From Squalus acanthias (Eukaryota): a stretch of 64,000 nt of DNA. The stretch's first letter is position 1. Each line of letters begins with the position of its first letter. The stretch is taken from contig CM059432.1 in the NCBI GenBank assembly GCA_030390025.1, positions 20,028,001 through 20,092,000 on the forward strand, read 5' to 3'. Both the position numbers and the translations under genes were made by a program. The notes beneath the pieces were generated by a model. The model did not search any database. It had not been told where the DNA came from and worked only from the letters and a program-made list of their open reading frames with translations. Below, piece after piece: positions 26,737-38,089 of this stretch.

Positions 26737-27463
26737 GGCCCGGATTCTCCGGGGCCTATAACCGCGTATGCAGTGCGTACGGTGGCCGTAAGTGCCCCGC
26801 AAATTCCAGGTTTCCGCATGTGCTGCGTATGCGCGAAAACCCGGAACTCAGATTATCCGCAGCCCGGGAAATGGACATTCGCTGGCGGAGAGTTGGGCTA
26901 TTTGCCCAACCACTGCCCAGCAAACGCCTGTGAAACTCTTATGCCTGGTAAAAGCAGGCGTAGGGCCTTGTTTTTTTAGCCAGCATAAGAGTTTAAATAA
27001 ATATTAAGATAATTTTTTTAAAATTAAACATAAAAAAGCTTTAAAATTAGTTATAGGTTATTTTGAGCTCCTTTAAAACATTTACATTTATTTTTCAAAA
27101 CATTAATTTTTTGTTGAAAATTTTTAATTTAATTGTATTTTAATTCATTTTGAACATGCAATGGTTTATTTTTATTTAACTGGCGTGCAATTGTGTTTTT
27201 TAGGGGATTCCTATTCCTGCTTATGGGGATTCCGTACGCAAATGGAATCCCCATGAGCATAATGGGGATCCCTCTTTTTGATTGGTTGGCCTGGCCCACG
27301 TGATCCCAGGGGCGCTTGCGAACCGCATGCACCCCTGGGATACGTGGGCCTTTACGCAGGAGTGCGAGTCTACGGACTTCCGGGACCATCATGCAGGTTC
27401 GTACTTTGCTTGCGGTTCGGAGGCATTCGCCGGCAGGAAGCCTCTGACCGCAAATTCAGGCCC
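26737..27463. mobile_element. Harbinger-type MITE, same family as 23805-24548
   Basis: TIRs ggcccggattctccgg and ccgcaaattcaggccc. Shares cctggtaaaagcaggc, the AT-rich centre and the atggggattcc..ggaatccccat hairpin. Confidence 0.8.
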
Positions 27464-27554
27464 AATGTATAGAAGGAAACAGTGATTAGAGTTTTAAGAG
27501 TCTAAAAATTGTATTGCAGTTTAGAAAAATATTGCTTACACTTTCCTTCCAACG

Positions 27555-29703
27555 GGTAGTAAGAGGAGGGGTGGGGCCGATTAGGGACCAAAATGGAGAT
27601 ATAAGCATGAAGGCAGAGGGCATGGCTGAAGTACTAAACAAGTACTTTGCATCTGTCTTTGGCAAGGAAGAAGATGCTGCCTAAGTTATAGTGAAAAAGG
27701 AGGTAGTTGAGATACTGGATGAGATAAAAATTGATAAAGAGGAGGTACTAGAAAGGCTGGCTGTACTTAAAGTAGATAAGTCACCAGGACCGGATGGGAT
27801 GCATCCTAGGATGCTAAAGGAAGTAAAGGATGAAATTGTGGAGGTACTGGTCATAATCTTCTGATCCTCCTTGGATACGGGGGTGGTGCCAGAGGACTTG
27901 AGAATTGCAAATGTTACACCCTTGTTCAAAAAGGTGTCTAAGGATAAACCCAGTAACTACAGGCCAGTCAGTTTAACCTTGGTAGTGGGGAAGCTTTTAG
28001 AAACAATAATCCGGGACAAAATCAACAGTCACTTGGACAAGTGTGGATTAATTAAGGAAAGCCAGCACAGATTTGTTAAAGGCAAATCGTGTTTAACTAA
28101 CTTGATTGTGTTTTTTGATGAGGTAACAAAGAGGATTGATGAGGGCAATGAGGTTGATGTGGTTTACATGGACTTCCAAAAGGTGTTTGATAAAGTGCCA
28201 CAAAATAGGCTTGCCAGCAAAGTTGAAGCCCATGGAATAAATGGGACAGTGGCAGCATGGATATGAAATTGACGAAGTGACTGGAAACAGAGAGTAGTGG
28301 TGAACGGTTGTTTATTGGACTGGAGGAAGGTACACAGTGGTGTTCCCCAGGAATCAGTACTAAGATCACTGCTTTTCTTGATATATATTAATGACTTAGA
28401 CTTGGGTGTACAGAGCACAATTTCAAAATCTGCAGATGACACAAAACTTAGAAGTACAGGAAACTCTTTATTAACCGGCACCCAAATATCCGGAAATCTC
28501 TCTTAACCGGCAAAATTCTTGAGTAGGTAACCGGGGTTTTCCTTCATTTCTCGTTTAAAATTAACTTTAAAAAAACCCCCGAGGCGTTTGCCTTGTATCG
28601 GAGCATGTAGATTGGGAGGGGAATGTGCAGCCCGGGTAGGCAGCGGACACGACAGATGGTCAGCTGGCGGTCCCCGGGGAGACGGAGCTCCGAATGCAGG
28701 CGCATGTCAATGTGTACGGGGCTCTCGTACGTTGGGAGATATAACTCTCCGTTATCCGGACTTTTTGATTAACCGGCACCACGCCGGTCCCGTCGGTGCC
28801 GGTTAATAAAGAGTTTCCTGTATAGTGAACAGTGAGGAGGATAGTGATAGACTTCAAGAGGACATGGACAGGCTGGTGGAATGGGCAGACACGTGGAAGA
28901 TGAAATTTAACACAGAAAAGTGCAAAGTGATACATTTTGGTAGGAAGAACGAGGAGAAGCAATACAAATGAAAGAGTACAATTCTAAAGGGGGTGCATGA
29001 ACAGAGACACCTGGGGGTATATGTGCACAAATCATTGAAGGTGGCAGGGCAGGTTGAGAAAGCGGTTTAAAAAGCATACGGGATCCTGGGCTTCATAAGT
29101 AGAGGCACAGAGTACAAAAGCAAGGAACCTTTATAAAACACTGGTTCGGCCTCAACTGGAGTATTGTATCCAATTCTGAGCACCGCACTTTAGGAAGGAT
29201 GTGAAGGCCTTAGAGAGGGTGCAGAAAAGATTTACAAGAATGGTTCCAGGGATGAGGGACTTCAGTTACATGGATAGACTGTAGAAGCTGGGGTTGTTCT
29301 CCTTCGAGCAGAGAAGGTTGAGAGGCGATTTGATAGAGGTGTTCAAAATCATGAGGGGTCTAGACAGAGTAGATAGAGAGAAACTGTTCCCATTGGTGGA
29401 AGGGTCGAGAACCAGAGGACACAGATTTAAGGTGATTGGTAGAAGAACCAAAGGCGCCATCAGGAACAACTTTTTTACACAGCGAGTGGTTAGGATCTGG
29501 AATGCACTGTCTGAGAGGGTGGTGGAGGCAGACTCAATCTTGGCTTTCATAAGGGAATTGGATAAGTACCTGAAGGAAAAACATTTGCAGGGCTACGAGG
29601 AAAGGGCAGGAGAGTGGGAATAGCTGAAGTGCTCTTGCAGAGAGCTGGCACGGGCTCGACGGGCCGAATGGCCTCCTTCTGTGCTGCAACCATTCTATGA
29701 TTC
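27555..29703 (+). mobile_element. CR1 LINE, 5'-truncated, decayed, interrupted by a TA-MITE
   Basis: RT ORF pieces 27871-28266, 28297-28456 and 29294-29623. 3' tail ctatgattc. Confidence 0.94.
28457..28820. mobile_element. Tc1/mariner (pogo/Tigger-like) MITE, 364 bp
   Basis: Perfect 26-bp TIR caggaaactctttattaaccggcacc with TA duplicated on both sides. Removing it restores CR1 gaagtatagtgaacagt. Confidence 0.92.
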
Positions 29704-29809
29704 AATCCCCTTTCCTTTTTCTCCCCACCTCTCCTGAAGGTGATGTCTCATCATTGGCTTTAACGAAGATGAGAAAAAGGGCATGTTAAAAAAACAAATT
29801 TAAATAAAA

Positions 29810-30181
29810 AGAAACATAGTATTTACAGCACAAAAACAGGCCATTCAGCCCAACTGGTCCACGCCAGTGTTTATGTTCCACACAAACCTCCTCCCACCCT
29901 ACTTCATCCAACCCCATCAACATATTCTTCTATTCCTTTCTCCCTCGTGTTTATCTAGCTTCCCCTTACATGGATCTATGCTAGTTGCCTCAACTACTCC
30001 ATGTGGTAGCGAGTTCCACATTCTAACCACTCTCTGGGTAAAGAAGTTTCTCCTGAATTCCTTGCTGGATTCATTCGTGACTATCTTATATTCATGGCCT
30101 CTAGTTCTGGTCTCCCCCGCAAGTGGAAACATCTTCTCTACGTCTGCCCTATCAAACCCTTTCATGATCTTAAAGACCTCA
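29810..30181 (-). mobile_element. CR1 3' fragment
   Basis: EVFKIMKGFDRADVEKMFPL..RRNFFTQRVVRMWNSLP. Confidence 0.88.
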
Positions 30182-30805
30182 TAATTTGTAACTAGCCGTG
30201 CTCTCTCAGACAGCATCAGCGTGATATAAAGAGAAAATATGTGAAGGCTAGAAATCTGAAACAAAGACAGATGCACAAAGGCAATTTCATACTCCAACTG
30301 CATTAATGAAATGCATACATGAACATCTAATCACCTTGTCACCTACCCACGGCTTTCATTAATTGTTTAGTTGCTTTCAAAATCTTCCTTAATTTTTGAA
30401 ACAAGCTACTATTGTCAGTGTTTAGATGTTGAAGAGTAATGTTTACATGTGCTAGATTGGGGTGCAAAAATAATCTTTTTATTTTGTCCAGAAGAAGAGG
30501 GAAGCTGAGGGGATAAGAAGAATCATTGGGTCTGATGGCAGCCTCTATACAGCCATTCATTTCTAATGGCCTACAGGTTTCAATGGTTGACACTGCTTGA
30601 TGAATGCAGTCACTAAGAACTGCATCAAAGAGGGGCAACTATTCATTGCAATTCAGCACAATTAAACTCTTGATACAATTGATGCATGGCAGGAGGCTAA
30701 ACGGCGAGGTCAGAAATCAGCAAAGCTGCGAGAAAAGTGTGGAAAATGACACGTTTGAAACGTTAATAAGCAATCAAAAGATATTATGAACGTTTGACTG
30801 TTTAC

Positions 30806-30880
30806 CTTCTGCAACCCTCCGTAGCGCTGAATAGAGTCCGAGAGCTGGTTCTTAAGCCTATCCAGCTGTAACCATTCGCG
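30806..30880 (-). CDS. TSNARE1: TSNARE1 coding exon (75 bp, phase 0 to 0): REWLQLDRLKNQLSDSIQRYGGLQK
   Basis: Acceptor tatttctgtttcgtctgcag, donor AAG|gtaaac. In frame with the previous exon. Matches recalled human [21 protein letters not shown]. Confidence 0.94.
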
Positions 30881-31390
30881 CTGCAGACGAAACAGAAATA
30901 TTCATTAAACAGTCCGTGTGCCTCCCCGATAACTGAAATCACCCGTACTGCGTGGCTGGCTAATTTGTAACTAGCCGTGCTCGCTCAGACGCCATTAGCA
31001 TGTTAGAGATAAAAAGAGAAAATATGTGAAGGCTGAAATAACCAAAAATAAAAGAGGTAGCTTTGAAAGTACACTGCAGGTAGGTCAGTCAGCAGCTGAA
31101 GGAGAAGAGATGGGTTGATGCTTGGGCGGGGGTGGGGGGAGCCTTTTTCTCAGCATTGGGGTCACTCATCAAGATAGTAACCCTTTGCACTTTCAGATGC
31201 TGACGGACGACTGTGATTTTTTAGCATCAAAATCTTGCACCCTCGACCATAAATTATGGGTCAATATCGGGGCTGTTGGGCTTGCAGTGACTGAATGGCC
31301 GAGTTGCCCACTTCTGCGCTCACCGGCCAGCGCTTTTCCATCCCTTGAAGTGAATAGGTGGGAAATCGAGGGCCGCTGAGTGCAAAAGAG

Positions 31391-33205
31391 GGGACTGAAT
31401 TTGCTGGAACAGCGTGTTTAGCGATAAACACCATTAACTGGACGTTTTAGCTCCCCCGTTCATATCGCACTATATTTGTGCCAAAAATTGCTGGAACGTC
31501 GATCCGTTAACGGCGTAGCAAGGTCAATGACAAATCAGAAGCCTCATGGATGGTGCGGCCAATGGCTTGCCCCTCAGACCAATTGCATGGCACTATGAAA
31601 AGCCGAGAACAGGTGCCATAACTCAGGTTGAGGCACGGTACTAAGAGTTAAGTGAGCTGCAACTTCTGAAATCACATTACATCAACTTTAAATTGTTAAT
31701 TTCACTTAAAAAAACAACTTTGTAAAAGGTGGTTTAAAGTAATCTCTGGAGTCTGCATGTTCCCTTTTCCACAGAAATGTAGCAGGAAGAACAGAAAAGG
31801 AGGCGATCAAATTTTGGGGGCGAGGACCTCTTGGATGAGGTGGAGCGTCGGCGAGACCGGCTGCTGGGGACTGCAAGGGCAAGGGCTCCCCGAAAGGTCA
31901 GCCGGATGGTGCGGAGGGAGTTTGCCACCTCAGTCGTCCAACGCTCGGGAGACTAGTGCAGGAAAAGAAATACAACAATCTGACCAGGGAAAGCAAGGTA
32001 AGCATTCTCAGGGCTTTAATTCAGAACGCGCAAATCTATTGTAAGTAGTAGAAAACTAATTGTTGTCTGTCTCTGTGATTGTTTTTTTGAATGGCTTGAG
32101 ATGCAAAGGAGTTGTCCTTCAGTGGTGGATTGCACGATCTGATCTGTTTGTTTGCTCAAGCTAGAATCTAAAAGCAAGTGAGTCATAAAAGTCTATTGCC
32201 ATGGGAGGCAACACTTCCATGGTGGCCAGCTGATGAATTTGACAACTTCAGTCTCTGCTGAAGAAAATATTCCAATGTCGGAAAAGAAGCCTGTCAGATC
32301 GACACCTCTACCTCACACAAAGCAAGACACCATGGGGAAGAAATTGGTCTTGGGCGGTCGTGCTAAATGGGCGGTATCGCATCAGCCACCCGTTATACTC
32401 CCCGACCAATATTCAGTTCTATTTAAGTCAACGGAACTGACTATCAGGCAGGGTATACCACGGGTAGCAAATTCAATACCACCTGTTTAGCGCGACCACC
32501 CAAGACCAATTTCTACCCCCTAAATTCTTCCCTGGTTTCCCCTGCAGGGCAAGTAATTCATAACACTCGGGAGCGTGCGTAAAGTGGAGGAGGAATCCCA
32601 TTTCTTGAAGGAGTTGGCGCTCCATGAGAACAAGGGTTCATAATGCCACTACAATATGCCCCTGAAGAAGTGGCAAAGATTGCGCACTGCACAATTTTGC
32701 CCTGCAGGAAGGGTTTAATCTTGACTTGGCAGATGCGATGCCCATGGAACTGAAAGATCCCAACCCGCATGTCCCTGGGCACGTCCATGGCTGGTGGCCT
32801 CTCGGAAGGAGGCACGGTGGCAGCGGCCATGGTGGCCAGACAGCAGCTGGTGGCTCATGTGTTTGGACAAAGACAGCCACCACCATTATTTGCCCGTCTT
32901 AAGTGGCTGCGGCATGATTCATGGTGAATAACGGCGCAAATCCAGCAAATTGGCGATCGCCATTGACTGCAAAGACGGGCTGAGTGAAGAGAACAGACTT
33001 TTATTGGCTTAGGTGAGCCTATTGCCGGAGTGGCACAAGTGTCCCAGCAAATTACGGTGCAACGCAACACGTGGTGGCTCTCTTTGTCCAAACACATGGT
33101 GTCTCTCACTTACTCCGGCATTTGCTGGGACTTTTCCGTATTAATAATGGGGCGGGCCGTTAATGCATCATCACTATGGCGCGAGTTCCCAGCAATTTCA
33201 GGCCC
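31391..33205. mobile_element. Non-autonomous Harbinger-derived element with Myb/SANT relic (31780-31998, +)
   Basis: TIRs gggactgaatttgctgg and ccagcaatttcaggccc. Relic reads KRRRSNFGGEDLLDEVERRRDRLLG..QRSGD*CRK/KYNNLTRESK then gtaag. Confidence 0.75.
32334..32520. mobile_element. Small MITE with about 45-bp TIRs nested in the Harbinger-derived element
   Basis: ggggaagaaattggtcttgggcggtcgtgctaaatgggcggtat pairs with ataccacctgtttagcgcgaccacccaagaccaatttctacccc. Confidence 0.85.
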
Positions 33206-33788
33206 GTACATTAGTCAACTTCCATTTTTATTACAGTGGATTCCACGATTTCAATATTGGTTTTGGGGGTTGCATTCAGCAACCGTTTATAATTGGGGCC
33301 ACTGGCTTATGTTGACCAAAGAAGTCAAATTCCAGAAGTCTTGTAACCTAAGGTTCTGGGAGACTCTTGCCAGTGTTTTGGCAATCGAAAGGCACAATTC
33401 TGTCCATTTTTCCATGACTTGGATAAACCGGTTCAATTAGAAGCACAGCAGCAGCATTGGTCGCCTGAGCTGCATTGCTAAATTAACACAAAAAAAAACC
33501 GCTCAAAAACTCTGGCGCACCAACTAGGAAAACAAGCGGCAGAATTTACATATTAAATGGGATTTCATTATTAATGAATTAATAAAACCTGCATTTAAAA
33601 TCGATTAATAATTCAGGATGCAAAAGTGTAATGACTGTATTAGTTAAAAATGGATAACAGCCAGGGCGAGAAGTAATCATATTTTATATGCAAATCTTAC
33701 TGGTTTTAATTTTCTGGCAATTACATTTTGGTTTCAGGACTCGTTTGCATAATATTTGAAGTTATTGTTACATTTCAGCTGCACTTAC

Positions 33789-33879
33789 CCTGGATGATCC
33801 ACGCACTATTTCCGAAAGCTGCTTAATATACTTTGTGGAAGAGCTGATGGTTTTATTCGTCTCCTGCTGTGTTGCATGC
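33789..33879 (-). CDS. TSNARE1: TSNARE1 coding exon (91 bp, phase 2 to 0): [30 protein letters not shown]
   Basis: Minus strand shows polypyrimidine acceptor cctcccttctgttttgccaaag and donor AGG|gtaagt. Only one frame is open. The peptide matches recalled human TSNARE1 [28 protein letters not shown] (syntaxin Habc region). Confidence 0.93.
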
Positions 33880-34599
33880 CTTTGGCAAAACAGAAGGGAG
33901 GAGGAAACAATAAATAAAATAAAGGCTGTGTATGAAATAAAACAGCTGAAATAACAGTGGAAAGAACAACGATTAGGACATAGAGTCATCATTGAGATTT
34001 AAGTGGGAATAATTTTACTTTCTCGGAAAATTTCAATCTGCTCTCGTGAAATTATGATTTAAAGATGATACTTGACATGAATCAGTCATTCATGACTTAT
34101 GAAATAATACTGAGTGGCCTGCGGGTGGCGCTGTCCAGGGAGAGTATAAATACTCGGGCACAGGCCCAGCTTGCGCAGGACATTCTTAACCGGAACGAGA
34201 AAAGGACACAACTAGACCTCCATGTTGTAAAACAGTTGATTAAAGCTTTGTTTAACGCTTAGACCAAGTGCCTAGTAGTTTTCTTACGTCAATACTTAGG
34301 CCATTTTTGAATTTGGTTTTTGCCCCCATAATTCAAGTCAAGATGTTTGGATAACATCAGCTCTGCGCAAAGTCGTGCTTTTTCCACGTCAAAAAACTAA
34401 ACAGAATGCTCGAAGTCATAAAATTTGTGCTTAATCAGCAAAATGATTTTGGAAGAAAGCAAATTAAATAATTTTCCTCAGTAAAACCTTAACTGTCTCC
34501 CATCCTGGTTGTTCCCCCAGTACAGACCCCATCTTTGTTCTCTCAATGGCAAGGGTTGCAGACTTGAACGTGTCTAGCACACAACTGGCTTAGCCATCC

Positions 34600-36085
34600 A
34601 TCACCAGATCTGTTTGGACAACATCAAGATCTACTGGGCCTCATTCCTCTCTGCCAAAACTCACCCATTACCCTAGGATAATCCTGGAGAGCAAAGATAA
34701 CCCCTGGCTTCTTTTCTCCGCTACCAACCACCTCCTGAAGCACATCTTCCCTCACCCTCACCTCTAACAAGTGTGAGAAGCTCACGGATTTCTTTGTCAC
34801 CAAGGTAGCGACCATCCATTCAACTGCTTCTGCTGCTTTCCACCTTTCCCTTGCCCACAAAGAATGAAGAACCCCCCAAGATTCTCCCCTCGCCCTATTC
34901 CTGAACCCTGGTCTATTTCTTGCCCAATTTCCTCTATGCCCTCTCCAACCTCATCTAACTAAGTGACCTACCTCCTGCTCCCTCAACCCCATTCCTGATA
35001 ACCATCCATCCTCCCTTTGTGGCCCCCATGTTAGCTAACATTATAAATGATTCTTTCTCCTCAGGCACTATCCCTCTCCCTTTCCGAACCATTGTCATCA
35101 ACTCTTCTCAAAATAAATTGACGCAGTCCATCTGTCCTTGCAAACCACTACCCAATGTCCAACCTCACTTTTCTCTCCAAAGTCCTTGAAAGTACTGTCT
35201 ACTCACTGATCGCTTTCCATTTTCTCCCGCAACTCGCCATTTCAATCTCACCAGTCAGATTTCTGCTCCTCCAACAACACCAAAACAACCTTAGTCAAAG
35301 TCACAAATGACATTCTCTGTGACTGATGCATTAACCCTCCTTGACCTGTACAGCCTTTGACATGGTGAAACACACCATCGTCCTCCAATGTCACTCTTCA
35401 TCTGTCCAGCTCTGCTTGGACGCTTATCTATCCTTGTGACCAGAACACTGCTACCAATGGATTCTCTTCCCACCACTAAAGTGTCACCAAGGATCCATCC
35501 TTTGCCTGTTCCTCATCAACATACTCGGCGACATCATCTGCAGACATAGGGTCAGCTTCCATACATACACTGATGACACCAGCTATACTTCTCCAGCACC
35601 TTTCTTGACCCCTCCACTGCCTGCTGTGAGAATGCTTGCCTGACATCCAATCTCGAATGAGCTACAATTACAAAGACTCCACCACATGCTCCATACCCTG
35701 TCCACTGACTCTATCCAAAATTCTGGTACTGTCTCAGGCTGAATCACACTGTTCACAATTCAACAAGCTATTTATCCCAAGCTGAGCTTATAGACCTCAT
35801 ATACTCTTCATTCCAAAGACTTTACTTCCATCTCTGTAACATCACCACCCCTGACCTCAGTCCATCTGCCGCTGAAACCTTCATTCATGCCTCTGACACC
35901 TCCAGACTCGACTATTCCAATGTTCTCTTGGCCGGCCTGCTATCTTCTATCCTCCATAAACTTCAGCTTATCCAAAACTCTGTTGGTTGCATCCTATATC
36001 ACACCAAGTTCTGCTTCCCCATTAGCCCTCTCCTCACTGATCTGCATTGGCACTCGGTCCCCAGCGCCTCAAATTTAAAATTGCG
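34600..36085 (+). mobile_element. Ancient decayed L2-like LINE
   Basis: C-rich strand with remnants gtcaaagtcacaaatgacatt (VKVTNDI), gcctttgac, tacactgatgacacc (YxDDT) and LHKLQLIQNS..ISPLLTDLHW. Confidence 0.72.
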
Positions 36086-36221
36086 TGCAAAAACAACTGC
36101 AAACGCCTCTTCCATGACTGTAAATTATCTAACTGCAAGAGTTACAAATCCACAAACTTCTCAACAATTACTATAAATGGAGCATTTCATTAATTTTACC
36201 TATCTACTTTCATATATGCTG

Positions 36222-36988
36222 ATGCGGAGATGCCGGCGTTGGACTGGGGTGGACAAAAATGAGAAGTCACACAACACCAGGTTATAGTCCAACAGATTTA
36301 TTTAAAATTACAAGCTTTCGGAGCTGTCGCCCCTTCGTCAGGCAAAGTTACTGTGAGAGAATCTATCAGAATTCACAGAATATAAAAACACAGAGAAAAT
36401 GCATAGATTAAATCTTTCCCTACATCAAAGACACACTAAGAGCACAGCCAAGACAATGAGATGTGTCCCAGGGGGTCCAACGCGTCAGAACACCTGCTGG
36501 CTGCATATCTTCTCCATTTTTTGTTTGTTTCTTGTGTTTTTTTTTTTAAAAACTGGAAAGACCGGCAACGATGTCAAGTCACGTTCTATAGCGTGACATG
36601 AACCCGATATCCCGATTGAGGCCTCAATCGGGATATCGGGTTCATGTCACGCTATAGAACGTGACTTGACATCGTTGCCGGTCTTTCCAGTTTTTAAAAA
36701 AAAAACACAAGAAACAAACACAAAAAATGGAGAGGATATGCAGCCAGCAGGTGTTCTGACGCGTTGGACCCCCTGGGACACATCTCATTGTCTTGGCTGT
36801 GCTCTTAGTGTGTCTTTGATGTAGGGAAAGATTTAATCTATGCATTTTCTCTGTGTTTTTATATTCTGTGAATTCTGATAGATTCTCTCACAGTAACTTT
36901 GCCTGACGAAGGGGCGACAGCTCCGAAAGCTTGTAATTTTAAATAAATCTGTTGGACTATAACCTGGTGTTGTGCGACTTCTCATTTT
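36222..36988. mobile_element. Non-coding Penelope-like inverted pseudo-LTR element: spacerless palindrome with 34-nt tail, 14-bp TSD and hammerhead-like motifs
   Basis: Arms 36256-36621 and 36622-36988 are near-perfect reverse complements centred on ttgagg|cctcaa. Unpaired 34-nt extension 36222-36255. tttcatatatgctg at 36208-36221 and 36986-36999. Confidence 0.88.
36903..36932 (+). ncRNA. Hammerhead-ribozyme-like core (PLE type); mirror copy on the minus strand at 36312-36341
   Basis: CTGACGA-A, stem-loop GGGGC-gaca-GCTCC, GAAA, then palindromic AAGCTT. Stems I and III are not clearly canonical. Confidence 0.6.
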
Positions 36989-37054
36989 CATATATGCTGG
37001 TTGACTTTTCATGGTGTTGCTCAACTACGGTCTAGGGTCTGAAGTGTGGTTGTG

Positions 37055-37555
37055 GATACTGAACATAAGGAAAGATACATTGGCCTTGGAAGGGGTACAG
37101 CTTGATTTTCACCAGAATGATAGCAGGGCTTAAAGGGTAAATTATGAGTGTGGGTTGCATAAACCTGGCTTGCACTCCCCTTGAAAAGGTTTAAAAGGTT
37201 TAAAAGGTTGAGGGGTGGCCTAATTGAGGTATTTAAATGATTAAAAGTATTCGATGGGGTAGATAAAGAGAAATTATTCCTCTAGCCAGGCCATTTAGGA
37301 GTGAAATCAAGAAGCACTTCTTCACACAAAGGGCATTAGAAATCTGGTTCTCTCTGCCCCAAAAGGCTGTGGATGTTGGGTCAATTGAAGCTTTCAAGAT
37401 GGAGATCAATACGTTTTTGTTAGGTTAGGGTATCCAGGGAAATGGAACAAAGGCGGGTAAAAAAGAGTTGAGGTACAGATCAGCCATGATCTGACTGAAT
37501 GGCAGAGCAGGCTTGAGGGGCTGAATGGCCTACTCCTGTTCCTATGTTCCTATGA
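37055..37555 (+). mobile_element. CR1 3' fragment, decayed
   Basis: RT C-terminal remnant, cagatcagccatgatc 3'UTR and (gttcctat)n tail. Confidence 0.82.
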
Positions 37556-38089
37556 AGGGCTAGCAGGAGCACAGGAGGAAAGGGCCTTGAGGCACACATG
37601 GCAGGAATGGTTAGGAGGGGGCTAGGGGAAAGAGCACAAAAGGGATGGGAACACAACACAACAGGAAACATAGGGAGGGAATATGGGTCCCAAGTTATAA
37701 AATTAACCTACTGGACCTCAAGAGAAATAGGGTTCACTGTTTATTAGCACTGGGAATACAGAGAACGATGGCAAGCCTTCTGAATATTTTTCCCCCTGAA
37801 TCTGAAAAGAAGTCATTTCTTGCTGGGTCATTTGGCCTTAACAACCTGTCTACACTCCACCAAGGGGTTGGAGCCAGGGACTTGCAAGTAATCTCGAGAA
37901 ATGTTCCTCAGTGACATCAATGTGACTTGGAGGTTCATCCACTTATGCAACTTTTCCACAATGTACAGTTGAGCAGTGGCCTTAATGAGACAGGGCAAGT
38001 TAAATAAATCTCCAGCTTAGCAACTAAACACCACTATTGTGCTCCAGGTCACAGACTGCCTGTGAATAACAGGAGTTCAACTATCCTTA

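Noticed and set aside
36399..36845. Twin 65/67-aa ORFs MHRLNLSLHQRH.. on opposite strands
   Set aside because: They follow automatically from the palindrome and have no recognisable domain.
36256..36988. Palindrome as a sequencing fold-back artefact
   Set aside because: The arms differ at several positions, unique sequence resumes after a matching 14-bp TSD, and the 34-nt tail fits PLE geometry. Read support is still unverified.
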